64,000 nt of DNA from Candidatus Shapirobacteria bacterium. Lineage in GTDB: Bacteria > Patescibacteriota > Microgenomatia > UBA12405. A program made the translations under genes and the position numbers. The stretch covers positions 12,187 through 76,186 of the forward strand of contig JAUYJS010000003.1 of the NCBI GenBank assembly GCA_030698565.1, read 5' to 3'. The notes under the pieces were generated by a model. It did no database searches and had not been told where the DNA came from. It worked only from the letters and a program-made list of their open reading frames with translations. This document shows positions 57,581-64,000 of this stretch, one piece after another; the stretch's first letter is position 1; each line of letters opens with the position of its first letter.

Positions 57581-57611
57581 GCGGCTAGCCTCGTCTTTGT
57601 TGGCCAGCCGC
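57581..57611 (-). terminator. GC-rich hairpin terminator 3' of the 57622..57822 gene
   Basis: The hairpin GCGGCTAGCC...GGCCAGCCGC is followed on the minus strand by TTCTTTTCC. Confidence 0.6.
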
Positions 57612-57621
57612 CTCGATTGTT

Positions 57622-57822
57622 TTAGCGAATATGCAACGGAACTGTGCGAACAGGCCGACGATCATTGTGTTTGATCGCCTCAGTGAGATGCCGCTCATGT
57701 TGGACCTGAGTCAAAACCTCAAGTTCCCGCCTTTCAATAGAAGTCAATTGGGAAAGCTTCACTAGCTCGGCAGCTCTTTGGTTCTGTTCAAAAGGATCGG
57801 TCAAAACCAAAACCTTCGCCAT
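57622..57822 (-). CDS. Small hypothetical protein (66 aa) encoded in a GC-rich (about 50%) island with a perfect Shine-Dalgarno sequence
   Basis: AGGAGGTG lies 7 nt upstream of the ATG and a terminator hairpin lies downstream. Composition differs strongly from the roughly 30% GC surroundings. Confidence 0.45.
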   Translation of the reverse strand: MAKVLVLTDPFEQNQRAAELVKLSQLTSIERRELEVLTQVQHERHLTEAIKHNDRRPVRTVPLHIR

Positions 57823-58023
57823 GAAACGACACCTCCTGGTTTTGGATCGGGAAACTTATATTTCCACTACATATATTTTTCAAGTTGTTGTGTTAAGGAA
57901 CTAAATTTATGAAGTTCTATTTGAATCGCTTTTTTTTGATTCCAATGACCTTCAGAAATTATCTCATAATATCAGCTCACTCTTATCTTCGTCAAGTACA
58001 CAAATTACTGCTAAAATATCACT

Positions 58024-60204
58024 ATGTCCGGCGAAAATCTAAGCATTTTGGAAGTTAGACTACCACAAAACAACGAGCACACTTTGGAATCGATGTCCTC
58101 TCTTCTGTCAAATTTCACTCAGTTTTCATCTCCCAGCCTTTTACAAAACCTTTTTAATCGTAGAAAAACCCTAGGTTCCCTAGAAATTGTCCTAACCAAA
58201 GGCCAAATCCATTTCTTTTTTGCCTCGGACAAAGAAAACTCAGAATTCTTTCGCTCTCAAATTTTAGCCCAATACCCCACTGCCATTATTCGAGAAAGCG
58301 AAGATTATTTCTCCAATTATATCGATAATTCCCAAGACAAAAATATTTTTTTTAATCAATTAGGCAATTCCCGATCTTACAGTTACCCTCTAAAAACAGC
58401 CAAAGATTTCAAAGAAACTGATCCTTTAAATTCAGTATTAGCTCCACTATCTCACTCCACCAAACCCGATGATTTTTTTGTTTTCCAAATAATTTTAGCT
58501 TCGCCTCCTAAAAATTGGCAAAGCGGAATTATGAATACAATTCAAAATGGAATTTTAGTTGATCGACAAAAAAATCTTCACCAAGCCCATCCAGATCGGG
58601 CAATTTTCGAACAAAAAATTCAATATCCTGGTTTGGCCGCCCAAATAAATTTATTTTCCAATAGTGCCGCTCTTTTATCCTCTGTCTCTTCATCATTCGG
58701 AATTTACACTTCACCTCGCGGAAATTTTATAAAGACCTATATTCCCGGTCATTTTTCCAAAAGCAAACTAAAAAAATCTATTCTCTCTCGTAAATTCGAA
58801 ACTAAGCTAAAAAATCAAATTTTAAACACAGACGAATTAGCTGCCCTTTGGCATTTTCCCAACACAATTACCAAACTTCCCAATATTGCTTGGGGCAAAA
58901 AATTATATTCTGATCCTCCTGAAAATTTGCCAACAGCTAGTAGCTTAACTCCAGAAGAAAAAAATAAAGTTACTTTTTTTGCCAAGACAGAATTTAGAAA
59001 TAAAGACGCTATTTTCGGTATTAAAGAAGGCGAAGATCGCCGCCGCCATACCTATATTATCGGTAAATCTGGTACCGGAAAAACTACCTTAATCGCCAAC
59101 ATGGCCATTGACGATATCCGCAAAGGCCGAGGTGTAGCCGTTATTGATCCTCACGGCGACTTGTGCAACACCATCCTTGACTATATTCCTAGCCATAGAA
59201 TTAACGATTGTTGTTATTTCAACCCAGCCGATCCAGATTACGTCTATCCATTAAATGTTTTGGAAGCTCAAAACGAATCTCAAAAAGAATTAGTCGCCTC
59301 CGGTGTTATTTCTATTTTCAAAAAACTTTATGGCAATGTTTCTTGGGGTCCTCGACTCGAACACATTTTAAGAAATACACTTCTTACCTTGGTCAATGTT
59401 CCTAACTCTAATTTGGTCAATGTCGTTGAAATTTTAACCAACAAAAGTTTTCGTGAAAAAGTTGTCAGTCAATTAAATAATCAGACTTTAATCAATTTTT
59501 GGCACAATGAATTCGACAGAATGGATCCAAAATTTCAACAGGAATCCGTTTCTCCTATTTTAAATAAAGTTGGTCAATTTATTTCCTCAACTAACATAAG
59601 AAATACCATAGCCCACTCCAAATCTAAAATCAGGATTCAAGACATAATGGATCAAAAAAAGATTTTAATTGCTGATTTATCAACTGGTAAATTGGGCGAA
59701 GACAACTCCGCACTTTTGGGTGCCATGTTGATTACCCAAATTCAGTTGTCTGCCATGAATCGAGTCTTCCAAACAGCCGACGAACGTTCTGATTTTTATC
59801 TTTATGTCGATGAATTTCAAAGTTTTGCCACAGAAGCCTTTATAAAAATTCTTTCCGAAGCCCGCAAATTTAAATTAAATTTAATTGTCGCCAACCAATA
59901 CATGGCTCAACTTGATCGGACAATTCAAGATGCTATTTTGGGCAACGTTGGATCAATTATTTCTTTCGTTGTGGGCAATCAAGACGCTTTTGTTCTCCAA
60001 AAAGAATTTGGGCCGGAATTTCCAGCTGATGATTTAGTTAAAATCGGTCGCTATCAAGTTATCTGCAAACTTTCCATTGATTCAGAAACCACTCAACCAT
60101 TTTATGCTACCACCCTTCCACCTTTGTCTTGTAAAAACCAACAACGCGAAAAACTTATTCATACCTCGCAAGAACGATGGGGCAAGCGAAAAGACAAGGC
60201 CTAA
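58024..60204 (+). CDS. FtsK/HerA/TraD-superfamily P-loop ATPase (DUF87 / type IV secretion coupling-protein-like)
   Basis: It has Walker A HTYIIGKSGTGKTT, the HerA/TrwB-like motif VIDPHGDL and Walker B YLYVDEFQSF, in 726 aa, with no obvious TM segments. Confidence 0.5.
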   Translation: MSGENLSILEVRLPQNNEHTLESMSSLLSNFTQFSSPSLLQNLFNRRKTLGSLEIVLTKGQIHFFFASDKENSEFFRSQILAQYPTAIIRESEDYFSNYIDNSQDKNIFFNQLGNSRSYSYPLKTAKDFKETDPLNSVLAPLSHSTKPDDFFVFQIILASPPKNWQSGIMNTIQNGILVDRQKNLHQAHPDRAIFEQKIQYPGLAAQINLFSNSAALLSSVSSSFGIYTSPRGNFIKTYIPGHFSKSKLKKSILSRKFETKLKNQILNTDELAALWHFPNTITKLPNIAWGKKLYSDPPENLPTASSLTPEEKNKVTFFAKTEFRNKDAIFGIKEGEDRRRHTYIIGKSGTGKTTLIANMAIDDIRKGRGVAVIDPHGDLCNTILDYIPSHRINDCCYFNPADPDYVYPLNVLEAQNESQKELVASGVISIFKKLYGNVSWGPRLEHILRNTLLTLVNVPNSNLVNVVEILTNKSFREKVVSQLNNQTLINFWHNEFDRMDPKFQQESVSPILNKVGQFISSTNIRNTIAHSKSKIRIQDIMDQKKILIADLSTGKLGEDNSALLGAMLITQIQLSAMNRVFQTADERSDFYLYVDEFQSFATEAFIKILSEARKFKLNLIVANQYMAQLDRTIQDAILGNVGSIISFVVGNQDAFVLQKEFGPEFPADDLVKIGRYQVICKLSIDSETTQPFYATTLPPLSCKNQQREKLIHTSQERWGKRKDKA

Positions 60205-60208
60205 TTAT

Positions 60209-62215
60209 TTAAGGCTTCTTCCACCCCGCCCATTTACAGTCCGGATATCTGAAACAACCAAAAAATTTTCTGCCAGTTTTTGTTCTCTTAACCACCCCTT
60301 CAGCTCCACATTCCGGACAATTAAATCCAGCCAGCTCTTTAAAAGGCGCTGTATATTTACATTCCGGAAATCGGCCACAGGACACAAATTTCCCAAACCG
60401 GCCTACCCGAATCACCAATTCGCCTTCTTTGCATTCAGGACATTTTTCATTTAATTTTTCAGTTTCCACCCTGACTCTTTCAGAGTCATTTTCAGCCAAC
60501 TTTACGTCTTTTTCAAATTTATTCCAAAAATTTTTCATCATCACTTTCCATTTCATTTTGCCCAAAGAAATTTTATCCAAATTTTCTTCCATCCCAGCCG
60601 TAAAAGGCAACGATAACACATCGGGAAAATTCTTAACTAAAAATTCATTTGTCGCCACCCCTAAAGCCGTTGGCAAAAATCGTCCTTCTTCTTTTTCTAC
60701 ATATTGCCTCGCCTGAATCGTCGAAATAATCGGAGCATAAGTACTCGGTCTACCAATCCCCTGTTTTTCCAAAGAAGCTACTAAGCTAGCATCGCTATAT
60801 CTTGGTGGTGGATTAGTTTCTACTTCTTCTTTATCAATTCTGCTTTGCAGAATTTTTTCGCCTTCTTTCAAAATTGGCAAAATTTGATCCTCGTGTTTTT
60901 CCTCGGTAATTTTCAAAAATCCATCGAATAACATCCTTACTCCGTTAGTCTCAAAATCACCGTTTCTATTGCTTAATTTAATAACCGTTTTTTCCATTCT
61001 AGCCCCGGCCGCTTGAGTGGCGACAGCTCTTTTCCAAATCATTTCATACAATTTATTTTCTCGTAAATCTCCTTCAATATGAGTTATTTCTACCTTGCTT
61101 GGTCTAATCGCCTCATGAGCTTCCTGAGCATTCTTTGCCGTATTTTTATAAAGCCTCACTTTAGCCGACACATATTCATTGCCATAATGATTGCCGATGA
61201 ATTTCCTAAATTCACCTATAGCTTTATCTGACAAATAAACCGAGTCGGTTCTATGATAAGTAATTAAACCATTTTCATAAAGCTTCTGAGCCACACTCAT
61301 AGTCTGTTTACCTGACCACCCAAATTTTCTCGCTGCCGCTTGTTGTAACTTAGAAGTCATAAATGCCGGCAATGGTGACCTGTGAGTTTCTCTACCAATT
61401 ACTTTGTCTACCGTAAATTCTTTATCTAAATTAGAAATAAATTGGGACACTTCATCTTCTTTTCCAAAAATCGATTTGCTAAAAGTGTAATCACCATCAA
61501 ATAATTTTATTTTTTGAGTTTGGAAAAACTTCTTCTTATCTACCGCAATTAAATCAGCTTCAAAATTATTTCCACTTTTGTTTAATTTTGCTAAAACCTT
61601 AAAATATTTTTCTTTTTTAAAGGCCTGAATTTCTTTTTCTCTTTCACAAATGAGCCTAACCGCTACAGATTGAACTCGTCCAGCCGACAAACCTCTTCTA
61701 ACTTTTCGCCACAATACCGGCGATAAACTATAGCCTACTACCCTATCCAAAACTCTTCTACCCTGTTGAGCATTTACCATATCCATATCAATATCTCGAC
61801 TATTTTTTATTGCCTCTTCGATCGCATCTTTAGTAATTTCATGAAAAGTTACCCGGGAAATTAGACTGCTGTCAATTTTGTTTTTATCGCTCTTTTTATA
61901 AACTGAATTTTCCATCAACCACTTCACATGCCAAGAAATTGCCTCCCCTTCACGATCAGGATCTGTAGCCAGAAATATTTTTTTAGCGGTTCTTGCCGAT
62001 CTTATTATTTCATCAACCACTTTCTTTTTTTTAGGATCAACCACATATTCCACCTCAAAGTCATTTTTCATATCCACGGCCATTTTGTTGCCAGGTAAAT
62101 CCCTCAAATGACCAACAGTAGCGATCACCTCAAAGTCATTCCCTAAATATTTTCCAATTGTTCTAGCTTTGGTCGGTGATTCTACTATTAATAAGTTTTT
62201 AGACATATTAACCAT
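60209..62215 (-). CDS. topA: DNA topoisomerase I
   Basis: It has Toprim (LLIVESPTKA), a catalytic Tyr domain and C-terminal C4 zinc ribbons (CPECKEGE...C..C). Confidence 0.9.
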   Translation of the reverse strand: MVNMSKNLLIVESPTKARTIGKYLGNDFEVIATVGHLRDLPGNKMAVDMKNDFEVEYVVDPKKKKVVDEIIRSARTAKKIFLATDPDREGEAISWHVKWLMENSVYKKSDKNKIDSSLISRVTFHEITKDAIEEAIKNSRDIDMDMVNAQQGRRVLDRVVGYSLSPVLWRKVRRGLSAGRVQSVAVRLICEREKEIQAFKKEKYFKVLAKLNKSGNNFEADLIAVDKKKFFQTQKIKLFDGDYTFSKSIFGKEDEVSQFISNLDKEFTVDKVIGRETHRSPLPAFMTSKLQQAAARKFGWSGKQTMSVAQKLYENGLITYHRTDSVYLSDKAIGEFRKFIGNHYGNEYVSAKVRLYKNTAKNAQEAHEAIRPSKVEITHIEGDLRENKLYEMIWKRAVATQAAGARMEKTVIKLSNRNGDFETNGVRMLFDGFLKITEEKHEDQILPILKEGEKILQSRIDKEEVETNPPPRYSDASLVASLEKQGIGRPSTYAPIISTIQARQYVEKEEGRFLPTALGVATNEFLVKNFPDVLSLPFTAGMEENLDKISLGKMKWKVMMKNFWNKFEKDVKLAENDSERVRVETEKLNEKCPECKEGELVIRVGRFGKFVSCGRFPECKYTAPFKELAGFNCPECGAEGVVKRTKTGRKFFGCFRYPDCKWAGWKKP

Positions 62216-62252
62216 AATTATCTATCCTATCACCTATGTCAAGCAAAGACTT

Positions 62253-62909
62253 TTATAATTTTAAGTTTTTTAGTATATCATCCGCATTCATTACCAATAA
62301 TCCGCCATTCTTAATTAAAAAATTAGGTGTAAAACTATTTTCATCACTAATTCGTCCAGGCACCGCCATAACTTCTCGCCCTTGTTCCAACGCCATTTTT
62401 GCCGTCACCAACGACCCACTTCTTTGACTCCCTTCTACCACTAAAACCCCTAAACTCATTCCAGAGATTATCCTGTTCCTCCTCAAAAAATTTACATTTT
62501 GAATCAAAGTATTATCCTTATATTCTGACACAATTAATCCACCATTTTTCAAAATATTTTGATAAATATATTCGTTGGATTTAGGTGAAATAATATTAAC
62601 TCCCGATGCCAAAACAGCTATTGTTTTACCTTTATTTTCGAGACAAATTTTATGCGCTTCTGCATCAATTCCCAATGCCATTCCCGACACAATCACCCAA
62701 TTATTTCGGACCAATTCTGGTACCAAATTCCTCATCATACTTTGGCCATACCAGCTCATCTGTCTACTTCCTACCACGGCTATTTTTTTATTTTCCTTTA
62801 ATAATTCGATGTTCCCCAAACAAAATAATTTACCAGGACAATCCGGTATCTCTCTTAATAATTCCGGAAATCTTTTATCTTTAATTCCAATTTCAACCGT
62901 TTGCAACAT
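62253..62909 (-). CDS. dprA: DNA processing protein DprA (Rossmann-fold core only)
   Basis: It has IAVVGSRQMSWYG...IVSGMALGIDAEAH...GGLIVSEY. Confidence 0.85.
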   Translation of the reverse strand: MLQTVEIGIKDKRFPELLREIPDCPGKLFCLGNIELLKENKKIAVVGSRQMSWYGQSMMRNLVPELVRNNWVIVSGMALGIDAEAHKICLENKGKTIAVLASGVNIISPKSNEYIYQNILKNGGLIVSEYKDNTLIQNVNFLRRNRIISGMSLGVLVVEGSQRSGSLVTAKMALEQGREVMAVPGRISDENSFTPNFLIKNGGLLVMNADDILKNLKL

Positions 62910-62919
62910 TGTATTTTAA

Positions 62920-63576
62920 TTAATAACAAACATCTTTCTGCCAATTTTTGGGATTATTATCAATATATTGTTTAATCGCCCAATATTCCTTTTCTGTCCG
63001 GATAATCCGATCATAATATCGGGCTTGCCAGGTGAAAAATAACTGGTGACGGTTACATTCTGATTTGACCGCCGCCTTAAATAATTTAATTGTATTGGGA
63101 ATAATTTGCCTTGATTTAAATCCATTTTCCCGTAGAGACGCACTGTGTGCGTCTCTTTTCAATTCCCGATTATTTTGGTTTATCGGTTTGATTTGATTGA
63201 TGATTGGGGAATTTGTTTTGAGACGCATACAATGCGTCTCTACAATGGGTTGATTTTTAATTTCCATTATCAAATGCACATGATTGGGCATAATCACCCA
63301 ATCATCTATTTTAATATTTTTCCTAATTTCCGAGGTTTTTAATAATTCCTGTTTAGCAATTTCTCCCGCCTTGGACAATTTCATTTGACCATCAACAATT
63401 TTTCCCAAGAATTTATTTTTATTATGGGTACAAATGGTAATAAAATAAAACCCTGATTGAGAATAATTCCAATTTAATAACCTCGCCGATTTCACTCGAA
63501 ATTTATCCGCAAACAAATCTGGGTTATCAACAAACATTACATTAATTGTAATATTTATTGCATTAATATGTTGCAT
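62920..63576 (-). CDS. REP-associated tyrosine transposase (RAYT), copy 2, cognate to REP family B
   Basis: It has FYFITICTHNKNKFLG, MPNHVHLIM and WQARYYDRIIRTEKEYWAIKQYIDNNP. ETHCMRL and RDAHSASLRENG are in-frame translations of REP-B copies. Confidence 0.75.
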   Translation of the reverse strand: MQHINAINITINVMFVDNPDLFADKFRVKSARLLNWNYSQSGFYFITICTHNKNKFLGKIVDGQMKLSKAGEIAKQELLKTSEIRKNIKIDDWVIMPNHVHLIMEIKNQPIVETHCMRLKTNSPIINQIKPINQNNRELKRDAHSASLRENGFKSRQIIPNTIKLFKAAVKSECNRHQLFFTWQARYYDRIIRTEKEYWAIKQYIDNNPKNWQKDVCY

Positions 63577-63604
63577 GTAGAGACGCGCTGCAGCGCGTCT
63601 CTAC
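63132..63604. repeat. Three REP family B copies in and at the 5' end of RAYT gene 2
   Basis: The copies are at 63132-63156, 63220-63243 and 63577-63604. The last is GTAGAGACGCGCTGCAGCGCGTCTCTAC, identical to 46529-46556. Confidence 0.8.
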
Positions 63605-63641
63605 AACCTGTCAAATTTTTTTAACAAAATCACACATTTTT

Positions 63642-64000
63642 TTACTCCTCCATCACCTTCTTATATCTTGGTACCAAAGTATTTGGCTCATTAAACCAAT
63701 CTTTCAAAATATCTCCCACGATTGGCGCGGCCTCATCCGACCCCTCACCGCCTCTTTCCACCATTACTGTAATGACAATTTCCGGACTATCTGCCGGCGC
63801 AAAAGCCGTCAACCAAGCATGAGTATCATTGCTCCCATCACCCACTTCGGCAGTTCCGGTTTTACATGCAATGCTAGTTTTAAAATTAAAAAGTGGCCAG
63901 GCAGTTCCGCCCGGCTTACAGGCTTCTTTCATTCCCTCACGAATAGTTTCCCAAGTTTCCCTTTTAATATTCAAACTCTGGCACTGCGGTTGTTTGTCTT
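63642..64000 (-). CDS. Penicillin-binding protein transpeptidase domain, C-terminal end (gene continues beyond the window)
   Basis: The KTGTAE motif (KTG box) and a PBP C-terminal tail are present. The ORF is open to the window edge. Confidence 0.7.
   Translation of the reverse strand, partial: DKQPQCQSLNIKRETWETIREGMKEACKPGGTAWPLFNFKTSIACKTGTAEVGDGSNDTHAWLTAFAPADSPEIVITVMVERGGEGSDEAAPIVGDILKDWFNEPNTLVPRYKKVMEE

Noticed and set aside
57581-57845. GC-rich segment as SRP (4.5S) RNA or another housekeeping ncRNA
   Set aside because: It lacks the domain IV consensus (GGUCCGGAAGGAAGCAGC) on either strand and has no RNase P P4 or tmRNA signatures. A perfect SD plus ATG plus terminator favours a small protein gene. 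Rfam was not run, so this is not fully excluded.

Overview
This is a low-GC (about 30%) bacterial chromosomal window, densely packed with housekeeping genes on both strands. TGA, TAA and TAG all act as stops, so the standard code applies. Recognisable genes include pilT/pilB, holB, ligA, pth, gyrB-gyrA, xerC-like, pta, yebC, rluA, lspA, dnaB, hisS-rpmE-prfA-like, htrA, ctpA, rpsF-ssb-rpsR, cysS, dnaX-ybaB-recR, rpsU, rseP-frr, tsf-rpsB, topA-dprA and a PBP C-terminus. There are three tRNAs: Ala-CGC, Leu-CAA and His-GTG. Short proteins, an N-terminally truncated release factor, epmA/epmB, a short EF-Ts and the absence of pyrH between tsf and frr suggest a reduced genome such as Patescibacteria/CPR; that placement is inference only.

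The accessory content is what stands out:
- Two distinct REP palindrome families, each with its own REP-associated tyrosine transposase (RAYT) gene. REP copies sit inside both RAYT ORFs in frame, and a composite REP doublet lies between dnaX and ybeY.
- A five-gene cluster (47.7-53.2 kb) of secreted proteins with cohesin-like and dockerin-like modules, an FN3 domain, an LPKAG sorting signal and a recent 318-bp in-frame tandem duplication.
- A GIY-YIG / Fic / DUF559 islet bounded by short hairpin repeats, with the Fic gene visibly GC-richer than its surroundings. A second Fic gene lies next to tRNA-His.
- A tRNA-Leu flanked by tRNA-derived fragments, one carrying a 20-nt GC palindrome.
- A putative Panacea-type (DUF4065) antitoxin paired with a RelE-like toxin.
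- An A10 homopolymer frameshift in an ABC permease.
- A compact 50%-GC small gene with a perfect Shine-Dalgarno sequence and a terminator, next to a HerA/TraD-like ATPase and topA-dprA.
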